The position numbers were made by a program, and so were the translations under genes. DNA of 64,000 nt, from positions 3,742,785 through 3,806,784 of the forward strand of contig CM119263.1 in NCBI GenBank assembly GCA_051294375.1, given 5' to 3'. Under the pieces are notes generated by a model. It saw nothing but the letters and a program-made list of their open reading frames with translations, searched no databases and was not told the DNA's origin. Within the stretch, counting starts at the first letter, position 1; each line of letters opens with the position of its first letter. Positions 1 through 13,200 of the stretch are shown in pieces. This DNA comes from Paraspadella gotoi. Its lineage: Eukaryota > Animalia > Chaetognatha.

Positions 1-560
1 AAAACGATGAAAAAAATAAAAGATTAAAAAGATAAAAAGATTAAAAAACTAAAAAGATCAGAAAAATATAAGACAAAAAAGAATAAAAAAGAAAAAAATA
101 TTAAGAGAAAAAAAAAATAAAAAAAGAATAAAAGACAAAAAAGAAGAAAAAAATAAAAAAGAATAAAATAGAATAAAAAGAATAAAAAAAGAATAAAAGA
201 CAAAATAGAATAAAAAAAATTAAAAAGATTAAAAGAATAAAAAAAATAAAAGACAAAAAAGAATAAAAAGGAAGAAAGAAAACAAAAAGACAAAAAAGAA
301 TATAAAAAAGAATGAAAAAGGAAAAAATAAAACTAAAAGACAAAATAGAATATAAAAGAAAGGAAAAAAAGAAAAAAAGAAGAATAAAAGAATAAAAAGA
401 ATAAAAAAAAGAATAAAAGAAAAAACGATTTTAAAAACGAAAAACGAAGAATAAAAAAGACAAAAAAAAAAAAGAAAAGACAAAAAAGAAGAATAAAAGG
501 GAAAAAAATGAAAAAAAAAAACTAAAAGAAAAAAAGAAAAAAAAGAGAAAAAATAAGGAT
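1..560. repeat. A-rich low-complexity satellite (AAAAAGAATAAAAGAC-like units)
   Basis: Degenerate A/G-rich repeats. The F/L-rich minus-strand ORFs here are by-products. Confidence 0.85.
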
Positions 561-1780
561 AAAAGGCGTGAATGAAAGACGAACAAGGAAGTCGAAGACA
601 TAAAACAATTGGCGACGAAGAGTCTCACTCTCACTGTGAATTTCTCTCTGTGAATCGTGACCAGAAGGAAGGAACAAAAAGAAAAGAAGGAAAAAGGAAA
701 AAAAAGGAAAAGAAGGTAAGAAATGAAAGAGAAAAATGGTCGAAAATTCGCGGGGTTTCTCCAATGAAGAAGACCCAATACGTATTTATCACGAAAAAGA
801 TAAAAATGAATCAAAATTAAGATAAAAAATCGATAAAATTTCCAGTTAATTAATAAAAAAGAGCTTATCCGTCGCTTAAATGACGACATTCAGATTTATT
901 TAAGTAATTACTTTTATTCAAAAGATATATATTACACACTGTACCTTTAAAATTTTTTTTCTCGACTCAAAACTCCTTTTTCTCGACTCCAAATGATCCA
1001 CTCGAAATTCCCTCGAGTTTTTCCCCAAATCTTCGTCCCCTTAAAAATCTCAGTGGATCCATTTAATTACGAGTCGCGACTCTCACGAACACAAACGACA
1101 TTTTCATTCGGAGAAAAAAAAAATTCGTTAAAAAGAAGAAAATTTACGATGGAATATGAGAAATAATCTTTTTATTATTATGACCGAGAATATAAAAAAA
1201 AGAACGCTGCGGGACAACTGACTTTTTAAAACCGATGGGATTTTTTACGGTGGTTCCAGCTCGAAAGTGGTTCCACTTATTGGCAAGTGGAAAGAGGACG
1301 AGAGAGAGAGAGAGAATGGGGAGGATAGTGAGAGACGAAAAGAAGAGAGAGACTATTATGATGAAGAGTGAGTATAATTGATATATGGGAGATAGAGAGA
1401 TGGTCTATCTCATTATATATTGATTTCACTTTATATATATATTAATTCTATGTCAATAATAAGTACATCTCTTATAGTATGTTTGAGGGCAGGAGACGGT
1501 GAGTGTATACTATATATTAATTGAGTGGAGAAATAGAGAGAGAGAGAAAATATTAAAAAGCGAATGAATTTAGAGCGGACTGATAGAGATAGCGTCTTAA
1601 TAGATTTCGTTACCCCGAACTTATTATTTTTTTAAATCTTTTTTATAAATATCTTTCTTCGTGAGACTTAATTTAGTTCTGGATGTAGTTTCAACCCGCG
1701 GGATTCAAGTCATAACTAAAGTCATGTTTCAGTCGACGAACCGAAGGAGAGAAAATTGAAAGTCGTCGTCGTCGTTGTCG

Positions 1781-1857
<77 letters not shown>

Positions 1858-2195
1858 AGTTATGAGCCTTCGCGGCCAAAGGAACCCGTTTTACTTTTTA
1901 ATCTTATTTTAATCTTTTAATCTTCTATCAACAACGACAATAAATTTTCTAATCTTCTCCTAATTGGTTTTTTTAGGTAATGGAAAAAATATACCAGTTC
2001 AAGTCACATATAGTTAACAATTAACTGTCAACTAAAGTATCACCTTGATACTTGGTACGCATATTTTTTTCCTAATAATAAATTTTCTAAAAATAAATTT
2101 TCTTCTCGTTTTATCATTTGTTTTTCTCCCGCTTTTTGGCCATACATCTTCTCTTCCGCCATCTTTTTGTCTTTACGAGAAACTTAAATCATTTA

Positions 2196-2265
<70 letters not shown>

Positions 2266-2800
2266 TCTCTCTCTCTCTCTCTCTCTCTCTCGCTTTGCCG
2301 ACCAAGCGCAATATCTCCCTCATCTTTCTATTACATAGTCTTTGCCATTATTACTCTAATGTTATTCTAAATGTTATATATACCTTTTTCACGGTTGCTC
2401 CTTATCAATCTTTGACTTTAACTCCTCGTCATTCGCTCCTCTAAAATAATCGCGTATTTAGTTTTTAGCTCCTGTAACTCATATCCTCCTCTGCCTACTA
2501 TCTTTACTCATCTTTCAATTTTATATTTTGGACCGTATTCCAATATCATGTTGCTTGCTTATCGACTTCTTGCCACATTCAACCTGTCGTTTGCCACTTG
2601 TTTTCTAATCACCGACCACCTGTTCCGCCTGTCAGGATTCAGGTTCTAGGCGCCAGGCGAATAAATTCTTGCGCTAAAAGCCAGGCGCTAAATCCGGATG
2701 CTTAAAGACAGACAACCGAGGAAGCGATAAAAAGGAGACACGAGGCTGATGGGAGCGAAATAAAACTTGGAGTTTAGGTAATAAAAGAAATGAAAGGTCA

Positions 2801-2851
<51 letters not shown>

Positions 2852-3217
2852 TCTCACGATGTGAACCCAAAACCAAAACCATAAAGCCAGAGGGCGAAAG
2901 GATATTGGATGCTCTTTTATTTCTCATGGTTTACAAATAAAACAAGGGGAATCCGGAAGTGAGATATCTCTATTCCTACAAATGAAATCAGGGCAGATCG
3001 GATGTTCAATTTATGGTCAATTTTTCATACCCGGGCGAAAAAAAACAGAGCAAGAGACAAAAAATAAAATAAAAATTAAAAAATAAAAATAAAAATTTAA
3101 ATAAGATGAAAAATTTGAATAAGATGAAATAATATGACCTAACAAAAACCAACCAGAGAGGGATCATAAGCTCACCCAAAGAAGGAGTCTTTCGTTCTCG
3201 CGCGAAAGGTCTACCCA

Positions 3218-3412
3218 TTAGATTTAGACTTAGATTTAGTTTAAGATTTTGATTTATATTTATTTAAAATTAGATTTAGGTTTAGAATTAAATTTAGGTT
3301 TAGAATTAAATTTAGGTTTAGAATTAGATTTAGGTTTAGAATTAGATTTAGAATTAAATTTAGTTTTAGATTTAAATTGAGATTTAGAAATAGATTTAGA
3401 TTTAGAATTAGA
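3218..3412. repeat. Hexamer-based tandem repeat (TTTAGA/TTTAGG/ATTAAA)
   Basis: Visible periodic ttagatttaggtttagaattaaa; translates as LNLNLI on the - strand. Confidence 0.85.
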
Positions 3413-4119
3413 ATGGAGCAATCGGGAACAAATATTTTCTCAAAATATATTTTACTCATATTGTTAGGCGAACAGTATCATAAAATATATTTATAGTAAT
3501 ATCCTTATAAAATAGATAATTTTCAAAATAATTATTTGAAAATTTTTATTTCAGATTCCGATTCTTCATAAAAAGCTATACCAACAATGTAAAAAGCTTA
3601 AAAATATCATAAAACATATTTTACAAAAGTTTCGTAGTTTTTTCCGGCGATTCCGAAACTGTTCTGAAAATTTAAAAAAAATATAATCTTTAATTATTTA
3701 ATTATTTTTAATAACTTAATTATTTTTATGATATAGATAAAATTGACTATAAAGAAAATTTAATTCATAATACTGTTACTTAATTTTTTGGGGAAAAAGG
3801 CTCAATTATTTTTTTATTACAGATCCAAATGCAGCAAAAACAAAATTGTTCCATCGCTCAATGTTTTCATCGCTCCACACAACTACGCATATTGGGGCCA
3901 AAATAGAAACTGTTTACGAGGCGAAGAAAGCTCGTCAATCTTAAAGCTTTACCCACCATAAAAAGGGAAAGACTTTAAGAGGCGAGGCCGACCGAGACGC
4001 AAGGATTTAATCCCATCAAATTCTCTGGGCAACAACGGATTTAGGCTAAGTCTGTTACATCCGGATGGTCGATGTGTTTATTAACATCATTAATGGAAAA
4101 AAAATTGATCCATACTGTT

Positions 4120-4185
<66 letters not shown>

Positions 4186-4363
4186 AGAAAAAATTCAATA
4201 GAGACAGTCAGACAAACAAAAAGAGAGAAAGAGAGAAGGGAAAGAAAAGAAGTGAGAGAAAGAGAGAGAGGAGAGAGAGAGAGAAAGTGAGACAAACAAA
4301 AAGAGAGAAAGAGAGAGAGGGAGAGAAAGAAGTGAGAGGAAGAGAGAGAGAGAGAAGAGACAG

Positions 4364-4399
<36 letters not shown>

Positions 4400-4692
4400 C
4401 TAATTAGAGTCTGTGTTCTCATCAACTCGAAAAGTCTTCTTAGAGAAAATTGCTTTTTTTCTTTTCTTCATTTTCGTCTTCGGAATTTGGATCCCAAATC
4501 GTCACCTTTGTTTTTTTGCTAATCAACTTAACTAAATTATTTTAGTATTTGTCTCAGGAGTGGATTCTAGGAGATCGTGAAACTAATCGTTTTATTGGCG
4601 AATTGGCGAATAAAAATCACAAATGGGAGAAAAAAAAATTTCGTTAGTATAGTAACTTTAAATCAAATAATAAATCATGTAATCAATCCATC

Positions 4693-4970
4693 TGTAGATA
4701 AGGCGCTAAGTGGGCTGAAGATGACTATCCGTAACTTCTATAACCCCCTTTAATAGCTATGGAACGGGTCCTGGGCTTGGAACCAGGCTTGAGAGGTTGC
4801 CACGCCCCCAAGGCGGCTTATGGCCGTCCTCACGCTTCCCGCAGGGTAGGTACCAGGTTGGGATTGAACCCGCTACCTTGTGGCGGATGGCTTTACTCAA
4901 TGAGCCACCGGGTCAGGACTGAAGATGTCATGCTTATAGGCGGGGTGAACCTAGGCTATGCCCGACTACA
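4693..4970 (-). mobile_element. Solo-LTR-like element with internal tRNA-derived Pol III cassette (family A, copy 1)
   Basis: 278 bp with inverted termini TGTAG...CTACA, flanked by a 4-bp direct repeat CATC (4689-4692 and 4971-4974). Homologous to 23111-23361 and 55074-55357. A box TGGCTCATTGAG and B box GGTTCAATCCC lie on the - strand. Confidence 0.75.
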
Positions 4971-5094
4971 CATCAATCAGTTAATCAATCAAGCAATCTG
5001 TTCTAGGTAAGAAAACAATTAATCACTTATCATCTAAAGACCAATCAATTATTCAATCATATTTTCTCACTTTCAATCATCGGAAAGCTATTCT

Positions 5095-5700
5095 TCATTC
5101 TTCCTCTCCCATCCCTCCTCCCCTCTTCCTCCCTCCCCCTCGCTCGTCCCAACCCTCTCCCCTCTTCCTCCTTCCCTCCTCCCTCTCGTCTCTCCCATCT
5201 CCTTCCATCTCTTCTCTCTTCCTCCTTCCCTCCTCCCCTCGTCCTCCCCATCTCTCTTCCCTTCTTCCCTCCTCTTCCTCCTTCCCTCCTCCCCTCTCTC
5301 CTCTCATCCTTCCCTCTCCTCCTCCCCACGTTCCTCTCCCATCCCGCCTCCCCTCTTTGCCCTCTTCCTCCTCTTCCCATCCCCCCTTCCCTCTTCCTTC
5401 TTTCCTCCTCTTCTCCTTCCTCGACTCTCCCATCCTGCCTCCCTCCTTTCTCCTCTTCTCCTCTTCCCATCCCCTCTTCCTTCCTCTCTTCCTCCTTTTC
5501 CTCCTTCCCCACGTCCTCCACCCATCGCCGCCTCCCTCTTTCTCTCCTCTTCCTCCTCTTTCCTCCTCTTTTCATCTTCCTCCTTCCCTCCTCCCCCTGG
5601 TCCTCTCCCATCTCTACTCCCCTCTTCTCCTCCTTCCCTCCTCCCCCTCTTCCTCTTCCAATGACCTCCCTTTCCCTCCTCTCTCTTTCTTCAAAATTCC
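5095..5700. repeat. C/T-rich low-complexity polypyrimidine tract
   Basis: About 600 bp of almost pure C/T. The G/E/R-rich ORFs are artefacts. Confidence 0.9.
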
Positions 5701-6121
5701 CCTCCAATTCTTCACGATTCTTTCTCTGACCTCTCACGTGACATCCTGACCTCGAGTCACCTCGACCCCGCCTCCCTTTCCTCCCACCTCCTCACCGCCC
5801 CTTCTGACTGACTCCTTTTCTCTCTCTCTCTCTTCACTGAATCGCGTTGGTTCTCACAGTTGAACCCAATTAGCCTCTTTTCTCGGAAATTCTCTCTCTC
5901 AGGTCAGTCGCTTCGTTTTGTTGACTTTTGTGATCGACCTGACTTTTTGACTGGTCCAGTTTGATTGGCGACCCAATTTAAAGGGATTAACGTATTTGGA
6001 TATTTATCCCTTTTTTTCCTTTTTCATTCTTTTCTTTCAATAACTTTTCTTTCCTCCCCAAATTGATTCTCATCGGAGATTCAACGGATCCATTTTTCGT
6101 CTGATCATCAATCGTCGTCAC

Positions 6122-6500
6122 CCTTTGCTGTCTCTACTATCCATCCTTTGCTGTCTCTACTCTCCCTCCTTTGCTGTCTCTACNNNNNNNNNNNNNNNNN
6201 NNNNNNNNNNNNNNNNNNNNNNNNNNNNNNNNNNNNNNNNNNNNNNNNNNNNNNNNNNNNNNNNNNNNNNNNNNNNNNNNNNNNNNNNNNNNNNNNNNNN
6301 NNNNNNNNNNNNNNNNNNNNNNNNNNNNNNNNNNNNNNNNNNNNNNNNNNNNNNNNNNNNNNNNNNNNNNNNNNNNNNNNNNNNNNNNNNNNNNNNNNNN
6401 NNNNNNNNNNNNNNNNNNNNNNNNNNNNNNNNNNNNNNNNNNNNNNNNNNNNNTGCTGTCTCTACTCTCCCTCCTTTGCTGTCTCTACTCTCCTTCCTTT
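6122..6500. repeat. About 23-bp minisatellite (CTTTGCTGTCTCTACTCTCCCTC) spanning an assembly gap
   Basis: The same unit occurs on both sides of the N run at 6184-6453. Confidence 0.85.
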
Positions 6501-6728
6501 ATCTTTTTTCCTTCTTTACCAACCGTCGGTTATTACTTCGCCGTAACTATATTTAAAAATTGTATTAATTTGATTTGATTTAACTTAATATTTTTCTAAA
6601 TGCCAATTCATGAAAAAATTGGTAACTCATCATCCTCAATATTACCCACTTCATTAACAAGTTATCATTATAATGCTAATGATAATTTTAGTAATGATCA
6701 TAATAATCATAATAATCAAAATAATAAT

Positions 6729-6796
<68 letters not shown>

Positions 6797-7012
6797 TGAC
6801 GAAAGACATTTCCATTCCATTACTTTCCTGGATCGAGGAAGACAACCTCACTTTCACCCAAACTCTCACAACCGCACATCTGCTTTACCCCCCCCTCCCT
6901 GACCCCCCCCCCTCGTTCCACCCAATTCCGGGTTTGACCAACGAATTCAGAAAATCGCGTCACGGAAACGAATGACTTTTGGGTCAACGGAGACGTGAGC
7001 CGATCTCGTGTC

Positions 7013-7235
7013 GGTGGAGGTGGGAAGTGGGTGGTTGTGGTGGGAGAAGGTGGGGGTGGTTGTGGTGGAGAAGGTGGGTGTGTACTGTGTGTGGAAGAGA
7101 GGTGGGGGTGGTTGTGGTGGAGAAGGTGAGGGTGGTTGTGGTGGGAGAAGGTGGGGGGTGGTCTGTGGTGGAAAAGGTGGGGTGGTTGTTGGTGGGAGAA
7201 GGTGGGGTAGCTGTGGTGGGAGAAGGTGGGCGGGT
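7013..7235. repeat. G/T-rich minisatellite (GGTGGTTGTGGTGGAGAA-like)
   Basis: Visible periodicity of about 24-25 bp with recurring gagaaggtgg. Confidence 0.8.
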
Positions 7236-7489
7236 GAAATTTGAGTGAAAACGATGGATCCGGTGAGTCATGGAAAAGCGGCGAAGATGGTGGTCTACGA
7301 ATTAGAATGATTGTAGTTATCAATATTGAAAAAAAAAATAGTTCAGGAACTAAGAGCTTTATTACGAAAGACTCTGCCGCGAATAGTTCACCGTCTGATT
7401 CACGTAAGTTTGATTATTTTGGACCCGAGTTTAGCGCCGCCACTGCTCGTGGGTTGGACGACCCGTTCCTCAATCTAGTATAAAAAAAA

Positions 7490-7560
7490 GTATAAAAATC
7501 AGCAGGGCGCGAACCCGAGTCCTTTGGGTCTGGAGGCGCCTGTACTAGGTCAGGCGACGA
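7490..7560 (-). mobile_element. Possible tRNA-derived SINE remnant
   Basis: The minus strand reads ...ctccagacccaaaggactcGGGTTCGcgcc (B-box-like), similar to 54890-54978. No intact cloverleaf. Confidence 0.3.
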
Positions 7561-10298
7561 TTAATTGGAAACTAATATGTATTAGCACACAATTTTAAAA
7601 AAATGCTGCTTGTTTACAAAATTAAAACAAAAGTTCTTAAAGAAATAAGAAAAATGGTGGCGCGAATCGGGTAGAAATCTGGTAAATGTGAAAAGGTCAC
7701 ATTGGTAGATGATATACGTAGTCGTGGTTGTACGGGGAAGAAGAAAGAGCAAGCGGGTCAGTCTAAGCAAAATTGTCCGAGGGTTAAGACGAGAATTGTC
7801 TTAAAGAATTTGTGAGAAAATTGGAGGAAAGGAGTTAAAGGAGGAACGGAGGAAGAATTGACCATATTTGGAGACCAATAAGAAATCCATGATTCCATCC
7901 AGGGAATCACGATTCGCTCTTCTGGGTCGAGAAGTCGAAAAAATGTGAGGAGAAAACTTTTCTCTTCTCTCTTTTTATTTTTTTGATTCACATTCGAGTG
8001 AAAAAATCGGCGAAGAAGAAAACAACTTCAAGTGAAACTCGATTCATCGTGATTCGAGCGTGAAAATTCCGAGTTGTGAGGACGAATCAATCGGGCGTGA
8101 TTTAATAAAAAAAAGAGGATGAATTCAGCAGAGAACAACTAAGGCATCAACGACGACAACAACAACAACAACAACAAACCACGTAAGACGACTGTTGTCT
8201 CTTTAGGATTAAGAGAAAATCACATTTACAGACAACAATCGCAAATAAAAGAAGAGAAAAAACTTTGTGGGAACTTCAGTATTTAGAATCTATGTAATTG
8301 ATCTGTGTAATTGTATGTAATTTGGATTTAAATGATGTCCGCATGAAATACATTTAGGAATGAAAAATTCCTTCTTAATTCTTACGTCCAGATCTTGGTA
8401 TAGACAAAACCGTGTTAGTCGGGAGCGGGAGCGGCGGTGTGGGCTGCCAGTGTTTTTTCCACGCCAATAAATAAGGCGTCACGTGACGGCGAGAATCCAT
8501 CCATTATTTTCGGAAGAAGGATATTTTTTTCGATCCGCGCCGCCCGGTTGGACGATGAGGACGACGACGATGACGACGACGAAAACGACCACGATGACGA
8601 GAAAGAACACGTTTTGTTTACTTCCGGGGCCGCTTCGTCTTTTTGGCTCTGAAGTCGCGTCGCTCGGGAAAATTGATAAATTGGCGAAAAAAAAAAATAT
8701 AAAGAAAGATAGAGACTAGAGAGAAATAAAATAATAAACAAAGAAGGAAAGAAAAAAGAAAGAAACCTAAACAATGAACTAAAGAGAAGGAAAATATAAA
8801 GAAAGAAAGAAAGAAAAAAAGAAAGAAACAAAGAAAACGAAAAGGAAAACAAGAAGGAAAGAAAGGGGAAACAAATATATAAACTGAAACAACAAAACAC
8901 AGAAAGAAGGAAAGAGAGAAAGAATGTAATCTATTTATGACACGGTAAACGTTACGAAATTTATGTTTCTAGAATGCAATGCTTGGTCCGGTAATTTTTC
9001 TATGAATCTTATCTTCTTTTATCGAATCTTCTCTTATCTTATCTTCTCTCGTTCTCTTCTTTTCTTATCTTATCTTTTCTTTTTTCAATTTCTGGCCAAA
9101 GATGTATTTTCTCGTTAAAGGTTAACGGCATTACATCCCTGTTTGTCATTTTATCAATCATATTAATTCTTCTTCGAAGTTTCTCGATTCCATTAATTAT
9201 TCTCTTCATCGCGACTCTTATTCATTCGCGTGTTAAGTCAAAAAGAAAATTCTTTAGGAAATCCTACTCGCTAGAAATCATTGACAGCGGCGGTAGCAGG
9301 AGCAGCGGCAACAGCGGCAGAGCGGTCGGGGCTGCGGTAGAACTTACTCAAAACCGGTTGCGCCGTTTCGACCTCTAACAAAAGGTAAGGCTAGTCAACC
9401 TGAATCGGACTCATGGCCAGCTGGGTGAGTGGGTGCGTCGATCGCTGGACCTCTGGACCAATGGATCATCTCTCGATCGACCATTATAAAGCCCAGATCG
9501 ATTCGCCTGGTCACTTTTGCTTCGAGAGTCGCGCGTTGGATGCGTTTAGGTTGAACATGGAGCAAGGTTTTCTCAATATCGAATGAATTAAATATCGAAT
9601 AAATCCTGAATACATTTATTGTAGTCGAGAATCACAAAATCTCAAAATCTTTCACTTTTGAATTATTTCTTTCGTTTGGAATTTACAAAATTTACAAAAT
9701 TTTATGTTTTAAATTAGAATAAAAAAATCGATTTGTTTTTTTAACTTTTCATATCATAAATCTCGTTTGACAGAATCAAGGATCGAAAATCTTCTTCAAA
9801 ACTCGTGGACAGAACTCGACGAGAAAATTCCGGTTCCAAACTAATTAAACATAAAAAAAATAAAATAAACTTTCATTCGCCCAAATTAAAATTAAAAAAA
9901 TTTTTTTAAAAAAATTTAATAAGCAAAAAAGAAAAAACGAGAATTAAAAAAAAAAGTCTTAGCTGCAGCGAAAAAAAAAATGACGTGAGGTCCTTCGCCT
10001 TGGCAGCTGCAACAGCAGGAGGCAGCAGGAGTGGCAGCGGCAAAATCAGTGGATCCGCATCTACCTCAGATATATTTGCACACTTTCGATTTTTTTTCGA
10101 AAAAGAAAAAAAATATTCGTCCTAACTAAAGATTCTTGTCAGAAGATCAGGTATCACTGGAATGTTTTTTTTTTTCAAGACTTTAAAAGTTTAATATTTG
10201 TCAATTTTAATAATTTTTAACTTGATTAATAATTATATTGATTTAAACTGTTTTTCTTCATTCAAGTTTCCCCTTCAGTCTTCACACCATCGACCAAT

Positions 10299-13200
10299 AT
10301 GGCGACGCCCGGCGATAACGTTTTTGGCGACGCCAACACCCCACGCCTCTTGGCGCGTTACGACAGCGTGGGACGGCAGCAGCACGGTAAGGGCGCTGCT
10401 CTCGACGATCTTCCTCCTTATTCTGTCTCGGGTGGACTGGGGAATCCGGGTTACGAATCCCAAGGGGACATTCCCATGACAACGGTGAGTTTCAAATTGG
10501 GTCATTTTATTTATTTTATTTCATTATTTTATTATTTTATTATTTTTAAATTTTATCTATGAAATTTGCCCAACCATTATAAAAAGTATCCATTCATTGA
10601 ATAAATAAGCTATCTTACCCACGTCGTTGGACACTGGACAGTGGACAGGCTATTGCCTTCAGCACTCTTACAAGATAATGACACAGCAGGTCCCTGCAAG
10701 CTTTCAATCAAGACTCTCTCAGTCTCGTTTATTCACTCCCAGTGTACCTGGCTTCCCTCTCAATGAAGTGATCTAATATTAAATAAACTGTTTTAATTGT
10801 ATTAAAAGACTATTCCCTATCTTAATCAATATTTTCGTCATATTAGAAAATCTCATTGAAACTTTCTTTCCAGCTTCCCTATTCTTCTGATAACAACAAC
10901 AACAACAACAACAACGACGATGACGAAGACTTGCAACCCGAAGGCTGTTTCGCCAACAACGTCGCTGTCGTCCAAAACGCCGTCATCAATTTCTACAAAG
11001 AAAACAAGAACATCATCTGGAAAACCATCTACGTTCTGCTGGGGCTGTTGTACTTTGCCTACTTCATCGCTGCTGTTGTATTGGTGAGTAAATTCGTGGG
11101 CGTGAGGGTAGTTATGTAGTAATGATACGATTTTTGCGCTGAAGAATATTTAATGCTTAAAACATAGTCCCTATCTATAATTACAAACCTTAATCATTAA
11201 TCATTAATCATTAATCATTCATCTTTAATCATTAATCATTAATCCAAACCCAAATCCCTAACCTAATTCTTCACTAAATTTTTCACCTGATCCAAAAACC
11301 TAAAAAAAAAAGCTAATTTAATTTCGAATTTAAGACGAAATGGGAAGTTTTTGGTAATATAGGCCAAAAAAAAAAAACTATCGAACTTAACATATATAAG
11401 GATTTAGATTTAAATGTTGCCACATCCTGATTTATATAAATCCTCAGGCGACCAAAGAGAAAATCGCCGACGAATCTAAACATTTTCGCGCGACGTTTCT
11501 CATCGTCGCCACAGTCGTCGTCGTCGGCGTTTGGATCTACGAAGTCGTCGCCCCGAAGTGTCGCGGAAGATCGAGTGGGAAAAAAAGTGAGAAAAAGATG
11601 GGTGGGGGAGAGATGGGGGATGGATGGGGGAAGAGAAGAGGAACAGATAGGTAAGAGATGGGAAAGAGACGGGAGAGAGATGGGAAACAATACAAAAAAT
11701 ATTTTCAAAAAATGTTCAATACATAAGAGTAAAAAGGAGAGAAAAAAAAGTGAAAAATCAGAGGAAAGAGTGAAAAGAAAGATGGCGCCACAATTCCCGA
11801 TGCCAACGAACCCTTACCCAAAGACGCCGTCGCCGCCGCCATCACCTTGGAAACGATACCAACACGCCACGAGCGCCGACGCCTGTTGTTGTTGTTGTTA
11901 CGCCGACCGTAAATCGCGTCTCTCTTCCAAGGACTTCCCCCCCACCCTCGCCCCCCTCTCCATTTCTTCTCGATTCGATTTCCCAAAAAATCCCATTTCG
12001 AAATCCGATTTATATTCGAGATTTTACGAAACCCAAAAATAACCATGAATTCGGGGAAATGTTTCTTCTTTTTTTTTTCTTTCTTTGTGAAAGTAAAAAC
12101 CAATTTCTTTGGTTCTTTTCTTCTTTTTTTTGCCTTTTCTTTTCTATTTCTCGATTTCTTCCGAAGCAACGCCTGTGAGAGTATTTCCTTCTCAGTTCTC
12201 ACGCTAGCGAGGAAAATATCTTCACAAAGCCTCTTTGTTTCTTTAATGTTCAATTAACCGACCAAATTTTGGATTATTTCGTTATTTTTAATTTTAATTT
12301 CTTTTAATAGTGGCACTCCTAGTACTCTCGAAGTCACTTTTATGTCGGTCAGTCGGTCTCTGTCGCTCTAACGCTGTGTTACGGATAAACTTGGGCAGTT
12401 AGATAATACATCGACGTGGTCACTTAAGAAACGCTCTCGTATAAATAATTATGAAAAGAAATGAGTCGCGATATGCAAATAAGGTTTGGAAATGAGGCTG
12501 GTTGCAAACAAATGATCGATCCTCTAATTTCAGCGCCGGAGAAAGTGAAACTCATCCTCCAACTTCTCCTCTGCCTCCTCCTCCTCATCCTCGTACTCGT
12601 CGTTTTGTTCCATTGGGTCGACGTCGTCGCCAACTCGTGGAATCTCATCTCTGCAGTGGGCGTGGCCATGCTGATCGCATTGCTCTTTGTCTTTTCTAAA
12701 AGGTAAGAGGTCCGGTAAGGTAAGGGTCATAAACTGACCGACCAAAATCGCGTCAAAATTGGCGTTCAAACTGTTCCGGCCAAACTGATCCTGCTTCCAA
12801 TTTCCAGGGAGGCTCTTGTGAATTGTGAATTGTGAATTGTGAATTGGGTTTTTTTTCCAAACTTATTTTTTCGCATTATTTTTCACGCCCTGATTCAGAT
12901 TTATTGACCCCAGATTAAACTCGAATTAAATTCGTTCATTTTAACATTTCTAAACTGACAGCTCAGTCTCAATCAGACTTACACCTTTTTTTCCCTATCA
13001 GTCCGGCTCACGTCCGTTGGCGCACAGTCTTGACCGGACTTCTCATTCAATTCGGCATCGGAGTCTTAATCCTAAAAACGAAGCCGGGATTTTGCTTCTT
13101 TCGGGTTCTGGGTTTCGCAGGTGGAGATTTTCCTCAACTATCGTTGGAGGGCGTGGCCTTCGTCTTTGCTCAGGGACCGGGGGATTTCGTTTTCGCCTTT

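Noticed and set aside
4713-4930. Two CTGAAGA motifs in family A suggesting hammerhead ribozymes
   Set aside because: There is no stem II-GAAA continuation, and the motifs are not conserved in the 23111 copy.
11575-12257. ORFs in SLC28 intron 3 as extra exons
   Set aside because: Exons 3 and 4 already join in phase, and there is no CNT similarity or compatible splice-site pair.
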